From the NCBI GenBank assembly GCA_045597685.1, contig JAZLKO010000008.1:3097-67096 (forward strand): a stretch of DNA of 64,000 nt, read 5' to 3'. Position numbers and translations under genes: made by a program. Positions 28,403 through 38,554 of the stretch are shown here, piece after piece; the first letter of the stretch is position 1, and the number at the start of each line of letters is the position of its first letter. The stretch is from Prevotella sp. GTDB taxonomy: Bacteria > Bacteroidota > Bacteroidia > Bacteroidales > Bacteroidaceae. The notes below the pieces were generated by a model, which saw nothing but the letters and a program-made list of their open reading frames with translations, ran no database searches and was not told the origin of the DNA.

Positions 28403-29351
28403 GTTTCTGGCATTAGTGGCAACAATGATTTGCATTTCCGGATGCGACTTCATTCCCCTTTACGACCTTGAGGGTAATGTGATGATATACATAGACTATA
28501 ATCTGGAGCAGCAGGTAACAGTACGCGATGGTTTCGACCCTACTGGCGTGCCGACATTCAGCGAGAAAGTGCACGGGAAAATGCCCGAGCACGTTCAGGT
28601 GCAGTTCTATGAAGTCGGCACACATACCCTTGTGAAAGACGAGTTCCTTGATGCCGAGGGAGGCATGATGAGCGTACAGCCAGGATTCTACGACATCATT
28701 ATCTACAGCCTCGAAACCAAGGTCACTCAGGTTGAAGGCACAACGCTCAGCGGAATGCTTGCAAATACAGAGATGACCCACAGCCTGTATAGCATCGGAG
28801 GCTATTACGACGTGATAACCGAGCCCGACCACCTTTATTTAGCAACACTCGAAAACGTGGAAGTGCTCCCTGCTATGGACGATTTGAACACCATAACCTA
28901 CGTCTATGCCGATGCATCCAGCATCTTAGAAACATGGACCTTCGAGATGCTCAATGTGGATGGAATGGCATACATTGCCAGTTGTGAACTCTACATAACC
29001 AGTCAGGAAGGTCGCGCCTTTCTCTGGGGCGACAGAAATGGAAACAAGCCAGGAGCACTGAAAATAAGTGCCTATCCCGACTTCCAGGACAAGCGGCTCT
29101 ACTCCGTATTCAATACCTTCGGCAGATACCCCGACTACAGGGATGGGGTAAGTGCCGTACTTAAGGTTACCAACACGGCAGGCAATGAGTATATCTACGA
29201 GTTCGACGTCACCGACCAGATTGACGACCCTGGCAACACAGGTCACAACATCGTGGTAGATCAGCATTTCACCATTCCCGATGATGGAGGCACGGGCGGT
29301 TTCGAACCAGTCGTTGACCCATGGTGGGACCCGATAATAGTATCAAATTGA
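28395..29351 (+). CDS. DUF5119 / Mfa2-FimB-like pilus anchor lipoprotein
   Basis: Lipobox ISG-C, PGFYDIIIYS, EPDHLY, FNTFG, C-terminal GGFEPVVDPW; no TR cleavage motif. Confidence 0.8.
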   Translation: MNKFLALVATMICISGCDFIPLYDLEGNVMIYIDYNLEQQVTVRDGFDPTGVPTFSEKVHGKMPEHVQVQFYEVGTHTLVKDEFLDAEGGMMSVQPGFYDIIIYSLETKVTQVEGTTLSGMLANTEMTHSLYSIGGYYDVITEPDHLYLATLENVEVLPAMDDLNTITYVYADASSILETWTFEMLNVDGMAYIASCELYITSQEGRAFLWGDRNGNKPGALKISAYPDFQDKRLYSVFNTFGRYPDYRDGVSAVLKVTNTAGNEYIYEFDVTDQIDDPGNTGHNIVVDQHFTIPDDGGTGGFEPVVDPWWDPIIVSN

Positions 29352-29424
29352 CAAAACATTTTTAATCTAAATATATAAATCAAACAATTACAAACTTTAA
29401 AAATTTAAAAAAAATCAAACAATT

Positions 29425-31449
29425 ATGAAAAAAACTTTTTTCCTGCTTGCAGCAATGACATTGTTTGTGTCATGTGCAGATGTAGTAGATGTAGCAGAAG
29501 TTAGCGGAGGTGGAGAGACTGGGACAACATCACAGGAACTCACTCTCAGTACAATGGCCAATCAGACACGTGCCATTGCAGAAGGTACACAGGTTCCAAC
29601 TGGCAATGTCATCGGACTTTTTACCAATTTCTATTCGGATGTTAATTCCAGAGATTACTCTAATTATAATGGCATCAGAAACTTTGGATATGATTTCAAA
29701 AAGAATTTGTGGCGTGGTGCCAGTTCTGTTCAAAGTCTTTCTCAAGCATTGCAGAACTTGAGCAATGCGAACACAGATTATAGTTGCTTGCTTGACGAGT
29801 TGCTGGCAAATTTTTATGCAAGCACACCATTCTATTGGCCTGTAGGTGAGAATATCAATATGGACTACACCGCTTATTCGTGCAGCAACCTTGTATCTTT
29901 AGCAGGTCAGATGCTGAATCTTTATTTCAGCGACGAATTGGCTGGATTAGGAGGAGACATATCTGGAATGTTGGAGGATTATGTTACATTGAATCCTACG
30001 AGGGTTAATCCTAACCGAATGGACATTGGATACAATTTCAGCGCGTTCAACTATCTTCCTTATGCAATGGAATATGCACTTGATGGCGCTTATATAGAAC
30101 CAGAGGCAATAGCTATTATTCTCGCACTCTGCGTACTGACAGACACACCTACCGGATTCCAGGGTGTTGACATCCATCTGGAGGATTTGCATTCACTCAT
30201 CATGGAGTATCTTCCTAACGGACAACTTGATATGGGTAAAATTGAAGCTTTGACATCAGACAAGAATGGATTACGCAATTTATTGGAAGAGAAGGTTAAA
30301 GAATTCAACCTTGACGAGATTTTCACATTCGTTCAGGATTATGATGACGCTTGCCGCCAATTGAAAAACGAATCCATCATCGACAGCGGTAAGGAAAATT
30401 TATTACCGCAAGAGAGAGTGGAAGAAGTGATGAGTAAAGCATACTGGATTTTCATGACACGTGTACCTTTGATAAGCAAATATATTCAGGACGACCTTAT
30501 GTATGCTTATGACAGAAACCTCAGAAACGATGCCAAAGGCACGATTAAGGCAACTTTCAACCATGCAAAGTCATGGGTTAAGGTTGTTGTGAATAATCAG
30601 ACCAACAAAGACATCTTCGTTTCTGGAATAGCCTTCAACGACGTGAAGACAAGCGGTACACTTATTGTTGACAATAGCAAGTCTGGGTTTGAGGCATACT
30701 GGGATTTCACAAAGCCTATACATCAGCAGCAGCCAGACCTGCATGATACTAACGTAGATCCTTTTGAGAGTTATGAAGCCATAAATCTTGACGGGGAATC
30801 ACAGTCTGGTTCAAACGATAAACCAAACGAGGCAAAACCTTCGAATGCAAAAGATGTGAAGGGTGAACAAAAACAAAAAGAATCAGTAGTAGGTTTTATT
30901 CCTGATATGTATTATGTTCCAGCTGGCTGTTATGGTCCTGCCCAGTTAATTGCACCATGCGATTTCCATACATCGAATGATGCATCAAGTCCGAAACACG
31001 GATTAAAATTCGACTTCCTTAGTGGCGATCAGTCATTCGATGCCAGTGTGGCAAACAATCTTGGCGGAGCAATGTTCCCAGCTCAGGAACCAGGAAAAAT
31101 CGCTATCGCATATTATGCTTGGGATGGTAAGAACCAGCCTGAAACTAATGGCGCTTATGTCAGCCATACGCTCGAAATGGGAAGCACGGCACAAGAGTGG
31201 GATAAGTACTTTGTCGAGGATAACCTGCATAAGGTTGAACTGAATCTGCCTCGACTACGTTGGGAGATGGGCAAGGTGTATATCTATGTCATCAACATTT
31301 CTGATAGTGAAATCACCATCAATCCTACTGTCACAGAGTGGGAGAATAGTGAATATAATCCTATTATCGTTCCTGAAGAGAGTGGAATGAGAAGTGGCGA
31401 TCCGACTGAGACCTTCGGCAACGGCGATACTTCTAACTGGGGATTTTAA
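29425..31449 (+). CDS. Fimbrillin family (Mfa1-like) lipoprotein, probable stalk pilin with a large insertion
   Basis: Lipobox FVS-C, QTR, YWP, ATFNHAKSWV, WEMGKVYIYVINI, C-terminal INPTVTEW donor-strand-like segment. Confidence 0.82.
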   Translation: MKKTFFLLAAMTLFVSCADVVDVAEVSGGGETGTTSQELTLSTMANQTRAIAEGTQVPTGNVIGLFTNFYSDVNSRDYSNYNGIRNFGYDFKKNLWRGASSVQSLSQALQNLSNANTDYSCLLDELLANFYASTPFYWPVGENINMDYTAYSCSNLVSLAGQMLNLYFSDELAGLGGDISGMLEDYVTLNPTRVNPNRMDIGYNFSAFNYLPYAMEYALDGAYIEPEAIAIILALCVLTDTPTGFQGVDIHLEDLHSLIMEYLPNGQLDMGKIEALTSDKNGLRNLLEEKVKEFNLDEIFTFVQDYDDACRQLKNESIIDSGKENLLPQERVEEVMSKAYWIFMTRVPLISKYIQDDLMYAYDRNLRNDAKGTIKATFNHAKSWVKVVVNNQTNKDIFVSGIAFNDVKTSGTLIVDNSKSGFEAYWDFTKPIHQQQPDLHDTNVDPFESYEAINLDGESQSGSNDKPNEAKPSNAKDVKGEQKQKESVVGFIPDMYYVPAGCYGPAQLIAPCDFHTSNDASSPKHGLKFDFLSGDQSFDASVANNLGGAMFPAQEPGKIAIAYYAWDGKNQPETNGAYVSHTLEMGSTAQEWDKYFVEDNLHKVELNLPRLRWEMGKVYIYVINISDSEITINPTVTEWENSEYNPIIVPEESGMRSGDPTETFGNGDTSNWGF

Positions 31450-31493
31450 TACGTATATCAATAACACATTATATATAATAATAAGAAACAAAA

Positions 31494-33572
31494 ATGAAAA
31501 AGAATATCATATTTGCGGCAATAGTCGCAGCAGTAACATTAGTTTCTTGTTCTCAGCAGGAACAGACTGCAATGTTAGACAAAAATAGTACCTTTACTGC
31601 CAGTATTGAACAGGAATTTACCAGAACCACACTTGCTTCCACAAACAAGGTGAACTGGGAATACAATGACAGAATCAATATCAACGGAGCAGAATATATG
31701 GCAGCGCCTAAAAACCCAGCCACCAAAGCTGTTTTCCAATATATGAAAGGTGACCTTCCAAAGCGCACACCTTATTGTGCCATCTATCCGGCAAACCTCT
31801 ATACATGGAATGGTTATGAGTTTCCTTCTATATTAGAGTATAAGGAAGGTAGCCTCAACACTCCGATGTATGCAGAGAGCAACACCGAGGAACTCTGCTT
31901 CAAGAACATCTGCGGTGTGCTTCATCTTTCACTCAATGGAATTGGTAAAGTTGCACGTATTACCGTCTCTGCCGATCAGAATATTTGCGGACCATTTGAA
32001 GTGGATGAATCGATGACTGCCAGACTTGTTGCTGGTATTGATAATGCTGAAATGATGAACCACAATACCGTTACCCTTGATTGTGGGGAGAGAGGCGAAC
32101 TGCTTGACGAGTGGGATTATAAGGACTTTTACATTCCACTTCCCGCTGGTGAATACACTGGTCTGATGATTACCATCACTGGAACCAACGGTGCAGAGTT
32201 TGTAAAGGTTGCAAGTAATAATGTCAATGTACAAAGAAATTCCATTTATTCCCTTAATTTTACGACCGTCTTTACGCTCAAGGAGACTCTCGCTGACTAT
32301 TTTCTCGGTTTGTCGGCAGATCAAGCCAATCTCACCGCTGCTACCGATGAGGCTATGTGGTCAATGACCCAAAGTCAGATTGAGGCATCAAAGAACAATC
32401 CGCAGAAATTCTTCCTTCCTGAAATCCATACATGGGACAATGCCTATGCAGCAATTGAGTTAATCGACAAAGGCTTGGCATACATTAATAACGGTATGCT
32501 TACAGATGTGCAGGGACTTACGAGTGCAGAATTGTATTTCCTTGAGGCATATCTGTATTTCGAACTTTTCAGGGCATACGGTGGTGTGGTGCCAGTATTG
32601 TCAGGAGACTTTACCCCGACTACCAATGACGAAATGGTTGGGATAATTACAGAGTTAGGAGAAAGGTGCATTAATAATATTAGTACCTTATCTTCTAAAA
32701 CCATCACACTTGTTAATAATGATGATAAGCACATCGAGATGATTCGTCCTACAAAATGGGCAGCACAAGCCCTTCTGGGTCGTCTATATCTTTATTACGC
32801 TTCGCCTCTGTTTAGCTCAACAAGTGACCAATCAAGATGGACTAAGGCATCGACTTATTTAGACGCAGTTATTAATTCGGGAGAAGTTGTCCTGCAGAGT
32901 TCTTATGAAGGTATTTGGAATGCGTGGGGCGAAGATAGCAATAATAAGGAAATACTCTTCGGTGTTCGCATCAAAACAAAAGACAATGCTTATGAAGGAC
33001 TTCACCCGACACAGAGCATAGTTGACCAGTATGGAGATGGTAGTGGTGAAAAAACATTCGGTATGGAATATCCGAATAATAGCATTCCGTTATATACTGA
33101 GTGGGATAAATCGCCATACAATTTCATTAAAGACCATCGTTTTGAAGTTACCATTCAAACACCTTTATCAACTGCAGGTTATTCACTTCTAAAACACGTG
33201 GCTCATATTATGCCGATTATCCGTTATGGCGAAGTTCTGCTTAATTGTGCAGAAACATATTTTAACACAGGAAATAATACAAAGGCTCGCGAATATGTCA
33301 ATCAAATTCGTCAGCGTGCAGGCCTTGCGCCAATTTCTCAACTTGATAATGAGGATATTGACATTATCAAGCAGGAGCGCCTTCTTGAACTTGCGTTCGA
33401 AGGTCACCGCTTCTGGGATGTGCGTCGCTGGAAACAAGGAGAGGATTGTTTCGGAATAATCAATGCAGCAGTTGTGACGGAACAGAATGAAGGACCTCTG
33501 TTGCTGACACGCACACCGATAAATCGCGCATGGAGCGAGAAGTATTACTTCTATCCTGTATCTCGAAAATAA
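31494..33572 (+). CDS. Pilin-like N-terminal domain fused to a SusD/RagB domain
   Basis: Lipobox LVS-C, FTRT, AIYPA, FKNICGVL; then AELYFLEAYLYFELFRAYGG, TKWAAQALLGRLYLY, IRYGEVLLNCAE, VNQIRQRAGL, ERLLELAFEGHRFWDVRRWK. Confidence 0.85.
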   Translation: MKKNIIFAAIVAAVTLVSCSQQEQTAMLDKNSTFTASIEQEFTRTTLASTNKVNWEYNDRININGAEYMAAPKNPATKAVFQYMKGDLPKRTPYCAIYPANLYTWNGYEFPSILEYKEGSLNTPMYAESNTEELCFKNICGVLHLSLNGIGKVARITVSADQNICGPFEVDESMTARLVAGIDNAEMMNHNTVTLDCGERGELLDEWDYKDFYIPLPAGEYTGLMITITGTNGAEFVKVASNNVNVQRNSIYSLNFTTVFTLKETLADYFLGLSADQANLTAATDEAMWSMTQSQIEASKNNPQKFFLPEIHTWDNAYAAIELIDKGLAYINNGMLTDVQGLTSAELYFLEAYLYFELFRAYGGVVPVLSGDFTPTTNDEMVGIITELGERCINNISTLSSKTITLVNNDDKHIEMIRPTKWAAQALLGRLYLYYASPLFSSTSDQSRWTKASTYLDAVINSGEVVLQSSYEGIWNAWGEDSNNKEILFGVRIKTKDNAYEGLHPTQSIVDQYGDGSGEKTFGMEYPNNSIPLYTEWDKSPYNFIKDHRFEVTIQTPLSTAGYSLLKHVAHIMPIIRYGEVLLNCAETYFNTGNNTKAREYVNQIRQRAGLAPISQLDNEDIDIIKQERLLELAFEGHRFWDVRRWKQGEDCFGIINAAVVTEQNEGPLLLTRTPINRAWSEKYYFYPVSRK

Positions 33573-33614
33573 AAAAGCATTAATTTATACATGAACTTTT
33601 CTAATAGGGTAAAT

Positions 33615-34970
33615 ATGAAAATATATAAATTCATGATAGCAGCATTTGCTGCAACGATGGCACTTACGTCATGCACAAAGGATAGTGCAGATATGAATGG
33701 TGCCAACACACAACCAGACGGGACTCGTGTTATTACAGTATCTTTCAACAACACTACCCGTACTTATCTTGATAGTGACGGACTTACTCCTCGGTTCGAA
33801 GATGGAGACATGATTTTGGTTTCCAACGGAACTACCACAAAAATTCTTCCAATCAAAATGGATAAAGGAATACCAACATTCAGCACCATTCTTACAGGTG
33901 AACTGACTGCAGTCTATCCTGCAAGTGCTGCCGTGGTGGAAAATAATGTGATAAAGGGTGTCAAGGTTCCTGCTGAACAAAGCGGAAGATTTTCCGATGC
34001 CAATATCGCAATCGCAGAGCATATTATGGATGATTCTGAATATGGAAATAATCACGCATATTTTCGCAATGCTACCGCTATCTTGAGGTTCTATGTCCAT
34101 TACAGTGTTGGCGTTGAACGACTTGTGATAGAGAGTGCATCTGAAAATATTGCAACTGGCTCTAAAACAATCAGTATAGGAGCAGATAAAGATATGCTGA
34201 GCGATAACGTTGAAGACGCGACGTTGTGCTATGTAGCACTACTTCCTGGTGAAATTCAGAAGCTGGACATCACCTCATACGCACCAAGTCAGACCGAAAC
34301 CGATGGTATCGTGAAGAAAACGTATGAGAATATCAAAATCAAGGCAGGACAAATGGCAAGTGTCTTCATGCCTTATTATGTGCAAATCGGCACCCAGAAA
34401 TGGGCATATTGCAACCTCGGTGCCTTCCTGCCAGAAGAACCGGGCTATTACTATTCATGGGGTGATAGCAAAGGCCATTTCCTGAACGGAAATTGGGAGG
34501 ACTATTATTTTACTCCAGAAGCTTATCCTGCATCTGACCTTGTTACAAATATCGATCCTATGTCTAAATATGATGCAGCTCATGTTGCTTTAGGCGGCAA
34601 GTGGCGCATGCCTACACCTGAAGAATGCAAGGTCCTTACGGGACGGAATCCAAGTTTTGATAATTCCAAGAAAGTGTGGCGCTTTTCTGATAACATGAAT
34701 ACTCTTTATCTTCCTGTTACTGGTTATTACGAAAAGGATCAGAAAAGCGGTATTGAGAATAATCAATGTCGCTATTGGACATCAGAATATGTTGATAATG
34801 GAAAAGCTGTAGCCTTAAAGATTAACGGTAAATTACTTGGTGAGGGGCAAATTGGAGCAGAGATGCAAATTGACGCAGATACGCGTTTTAATGGCTTCTC
34901 CATCCGCCCATTCTTTGATGAGAGCAAAGAAGTTGACATTGACCCATACAAACAAGGTCCTAACTTATAA
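33615..34970 (+). CDS. Pilin-like lipoprotein 1 with a C-terminal CLec-like (DUF1566/FISUMP-like) domain
   Basis: LTS-C, TRT, LTAVYPA, QSG.F.DANI; KWAYCNLGA, DAAH, WRMPT, YWTS, GFSIRP. Confidence 0.8.
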   Translation: MKIYKFMIAAFAATMALTSCTKDSADMNGANTQPDGTRVITVSFNNTTRTYLDSDGLTPRFEDGDMILVSNGTTTKILPIKMDKGIPTFSTILTGELTAVYPASAAVVENNVIKGVKVPAEQSGRFSDANIAIAEHIMDDSEYGNNHAYFRNATAILRFYVHYSVGVERLVIESASENIATGSKTISIGADKDMLSDNVEDATLCYVALLPGEIQKLDITSYAPSQTETDGIVKKTYENIKIKAGQMASVFMPYYVQIGTQKWAYCNLGAFLPEEPGYYYSWGDSKGHFLNGNWEDYYFTPEAYPASDLVTNIDPMSKYDAAHVALGGKWRMPTPEECKVLTGRNPSFDNSKKVWRFSDNMNTLYLPVTGYYEKDQKSGIENNQCRYWTSEYVDNGKAVALKINGKLLGEGQIGAEMQIDADTRFNGFSIRPFFDESKEVDIDPYKQGPNL

Positions 34971-34988
34971 TCAGGAGAATATCAGATT

Positions 34989-36509
34989 ATGAAAATGACG
35001 ATTAAATATATCGCAGCACTCTTCGCTGCAGGTGCCTTGCTGGCATCCTGTACGGATGAGGCTTTCGAAAATCAAAACATTTCTAATCCTCAGTCCGAAG
35101 GCACTCGCGTAATTGCGGTGTCCTTCGGTCAGCAAACCCGTACCGCCCTCGGTGATGATGGACTTACGCCTGAGTTTGTGGGAGGGGAGAGTGTATTAGT
35201 ATCCAATGATGAGGCTATCGAATACTGTACGGTTACAATTTCTGGCGAAAAGACAATTATCACCACCAGTCTTAAAGGTGACCTCACAGCAGTAAATCCA
35301 GTCCGTGCCGCAAAAGTTATAAAATCAGAAAAAACAGGAGGCAATATTATCGACCCTGACGACGTGCTAATATCCACCAATCAGTCCGGTACCTTTGCCG
35401 ATGCAAATATCTGCATGGCAAGAATGAAGGACGGTGAAGAAAAGATGACATTCCACAACAAGACCGCCATCTTGAGATTTTATGTGGATAAAAGTATAGA
35501 TGTTTATTACATACGCGTAATAGGAAAAGATATTGCAGGCGAAAGTAAAAAAAGTATAGATGTTTTTGACGAAAAAAAGCGGTCGTTGTGTGAAGCCACT
35601 GATGACCCTAATAAGCGGATTTGTTATGTGGCAGTATCACCTGGCGTCTCTACCCGTTTGTTGGAGTTTTCAGCGGACACTAAAACTCAGGGAACAGTTA
35701 CCAGAACATCATCGGCAAAAAATGTCACTCTTGAAGCAGGAAAGATGTACAATGCCTTTATACCTTATTACATTAAGGTAAACGTGGGTACAGAAGATAA
35801 CCCTACCTATCAGAAATGGGCATACTGCAACATTGGTGCCTTTCTGCCAGAAGAAGCTGGAGAATATTTTGCCTGGGGCGAAGTGAAGGGGCACAAACCG
35901 GATCTCAGTATATCACCGGAAAGTAATGGTAATATACGTGGAGCATTTACCAGTGACTTTAATGCTTTTGACCATAGCGATGTCAGATATCCTGATTCAT
36001 ATACACCTTCAAAAGGCTTTCAATATAGTAATACACCATATTACAACGGCACTTATTGGGATAAGTACAGTGGTAATTATAATGAAAAACTTTTGCCTGA
36101 AGATGATGCAGCCAATGTTAACTGGGGTAATGGTTGGCGTATTCCAACCAAAGCCGAACTGGATGCATTGAAAAACATTTCCAATGAAGTTGTGTCAGAT
36201 TATAGGTCATCAGGAAAATCCGGAAGAGTTTTCACGGATTCTGATAAGAGAACTGTTTTTTGGCCTTTTACCGGTTATGGATATGGGTTGGAACTTTGTG
36301 ATGCATTCAGCAACAATGATTATTATTGGTTCACATCACCATACGTTGGAAATTCGAATGCCATATATTATTCCGATTTTGGAAATACAAAGGAACAACA
36401 TTATCAGACTCAAACTCGATTTGAAGGCCTTAACATCCGCCCTATCTGTGATAAGACATTTGATAATTTGCCTATAGAAGAATATTCTGATGAAGGGAAT
36501 CTGGAATGA
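34989..36509 (+). CDS. Pilin-like lipoprotein 2 with a CLec-like domain
   Basis: LAS-C, QTRTALGDDGLTPEF; WAYCNIGA, DDAA, WRIPT, GLNIRP. Confidence 0.8.
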   Translation: MKMTIKYIAALFAAGALLASCTDEAFENQNISNPQSEGTRVIAVSFGQQTRTALGDDGLTPEFVGGESVLVSNDEAIEYCTVTISGEKTIITTSLKGDLTAVNPVRAAKVIKSEKTGGNIIDPDDVLISTNQSGTFADANICMARMKDGEEKMTFHNKTAILRFYVDKSIDVYYIRVIGKDIAGESKKSIDVFDEKKRSLCEATDDPNKRICYVAVSPGVSTRLLEFSADTKTQGTVTRTSSAKNVTLEAGKMYNAFIPYYIKVNVGTEDNPTYQKWAYCNIGAFLPEEAGEYFAWGEVKGHKPDLSISPESNGNIRGAFTSDFNAFDHSDVRYPDSYTPSKGFQYSNTPYYNGTYWDKYSGNYNEKLLPEDDAANVNWGNGWRIPTKAELDALKNISNEVVSDYRSSGKSGRVFTDSDKRTVFWPFTGYGYGLELCDAFSNNDYYWFTSPYVGNSNAIYYSDFGNTKEQHYQTQTRFEGLNIRPICDKTFDNLPIEEYSDEGNLE

Positions 36510-36526
36510 TAAATAAGATTATAATT

Positions 36527-38542
36527 ATGAAAGTATCACATAGGCTTATAGTAGCAATGCTCACCGTATGTGTGATAATGACATCTTGTACGGACTCATT
36601 TATTGGTGAACAGGAAAATTTAGATATGCAGGTGGGAGGCACCCGCGTAATTACGGTTTCATTTGACTCTCAGACTCCGACACGTACAACGCTTAGTGGG
36701 TTCAAACCAACGTTTAAAGAAGGAGATGAGATTATGGTCGCCACAATAGATGGTTCTGGCACTCCGGAAATATGCAAAGTTGTGGAAGGCAATAATAAGA
36801 GATTGGTGATACAAACCAAGCTTCAAGGAAGGCTCAAAGCTGTTTATCCAGCGGAATCTGCGAAGATGGATGGCAAGATGATTGATGGTGTAAAAGTTAA
36901 ATCCATTCAGTCAGGTAAATTTGAAGATGCAAATATCTGTATGGCAACGATGAATGGTACGGATGATTCCTTTCTCGAATTTATAAATCAGACCGCAATT
37001 TTGAAATTTTATATAGGTGAGGACATAGGTGTGACATCTATAAAGGTGACGAGCAGTGAAAGTTACATTACCGATGATGAAAATACCACCAATTCTATTA
37101 CTGTTACAGCCACAGGAACTTCGCTGTATGAAGATATGCCAACCAGTGGGCAGCCAAAGAATATCTGTTACGTTGCTATAAAGGAAGGCGTAAGTGCCAA
37201 TACCCTTACGTTCACGGGCATCACATCTACACAAGGAGAGGTCAATAAGACAATAAAATCAACTGCTCAACTCAAAAAGGGAGGTATGTACAATGCTTTC
37301 ATACCTTATTATATAAAGGTAAATGCAGGTACGGAAGAAAACCCTATTTATCAGAAATGGGGTTACTGTAACATAGGAGCCTTCCTGCCTGAAGAAAAGG
37401 GTTACTTTTTCACGTGGGGTAATGCCGATGGTCATTGGCTGAACGGGAATACGGATAGTTATGTTTTCAACTCTGACTCATACAGTGGTACATCAGGAAG
37501 TCAAATACCAGAAGGTGATAAAATTGACCCAACTTCCGACAATGATGCAGCCCACGCTAACTGGGGTGATAATTGGAGAATGCCTACATCTTCAGAATTG
37601 GGTAAGCTTATTAGCACGTCCAGTTATACTGCTCAGGGCATTTCAGGGAAAAAAGGTTATTATTGCTTTAATGGCAAAATTTTTCTACCTACCGCTAGTA
37701 AGCAGTCTGGAAGTAATTGGAGCGAAGGTGAAGATTGTGTTTTCTGGTCATCAGATGCAGACAATAAAAGTAATGGTGCCAGTTGGGTTGGCAGAGATCC
37801 AGATGCGTACACGTCAGGAGAAGAAGATAAATATTACGGTATGGCCATCCGTCCTATATATGAAGAACCAGTTGTTATTCCAGGCGAGTTCACGGTCAAT
37901 AGCGATAGTAAAAAAGTGAAATTTGCGAAAGGTCTTTTGTATTGGGATGGTGACTCTTTTGAGTTTGAAGAGAATCAGCTTGCGTACGCTACGACATGGG
38001 ACGCATCGCATATAAGCCATTTCTATTGGAGTAAATCAGAATCAGTTGCGAGAGCCTCATCTTACAGCGATGCAAGCGCGAGTGCTAATGATGTTCTATT
38101 CACAAATGCCACGGAGACCACAGCAAACCCAAATTTTACAGTAAATGGAGAGACAGGGAAGTATCGAGCACTCTCACAGGGTGAGATGGAGTATCTTATT
38201 CAAAATAATATTTGCTATAATAAAGTGACAATAGGCGATGATTATTTCATTGTCATTGCTACGCCTAACTGTTCGGATAAGTTGAAGTATTCATATACCA
38301 TTGAGGAGTGGGCCGAAGCAGAGAAGGCTGGTTTGATAAGTATTCCATATGGTGGATGGAGATCCAATAATGACATTAAATCGCGCAATTCTTATATGTA
38401 CATTTATACGGATAGTCCTAAAGGCAGTACAGACGCTTATTCTGTACTATATTATACAGATGGACGTTGTTGGTTAGATCATACCGAACCACGTTATTAT
38501 GGGTATATCATCCGTCTGGTTTGTGATGTAGATAATAAATAA
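36527..38542 (+). CDS. Pilin-like lipoprotein 3 with two CLec-like domains
   Basis: MTS-C, TRT; WGYCNIGA...GMAIRP; second domain PGEFTVN...KFAKG...GYIIRLV. Confidence 0.8.
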   Translation: MKVSHRLIVAMLTVCVIMTSCTDSFIGEQENLDMQVGGTRVITVSFDSQTPTRTTLSGFKPTFKEGDEIMVATIDGSGTPEICKVVEGNNKRLVIQTKLQGRLKAVYPAESAKMDGKMIDGVKVKSIQSGKFEDANICMATMNGTDDSFLEFINQTAILKFYIGEDIGVTSIKVTSSESYITDDENTTNSITVTATGTSLYEDMPTSGQPKNICYVAIKEGVSANTLTFTGITSTQGEVNKTIKSTAQLKKGGMYNAFIPYYIKVNAGTEENPIYQKWGYCNIGAFLPEEKGYFFTWGNADGHWLNGNTDSYVFNSDSYSGTSGSQIPEGDKIDPTSDNDAAHANWGDNWRMPTSSELGKLISTSSYTAQGISGKKGYYCFNGKIFLPTASKQSGSNWSEGEDCVFWSSDADNKSNGASWVGRDPDAYTSGEEDKYYGMAIRPIYEEPVVIPGEFTVNSDSKKVKFAKGLLYWDGDSFEFEENQLAYATTWDASHISHFYWSKSESVARASSYSDASASANDVLFTNATETTANPNFTVNGETGKYRALSQGEMEYLIQNNICYNKVTIGDDYFIVIATPNCSDKLKYSYTIEEWAEAEKAGLISIPYGGWRSNNDIKSRNSYMYIYTDSPKGSTDAYSVLYYTDGRCWLDHTEPRYYGYIIRLVCDVDNK

Positions 38543-38554
38543 CTACAGAATCGT

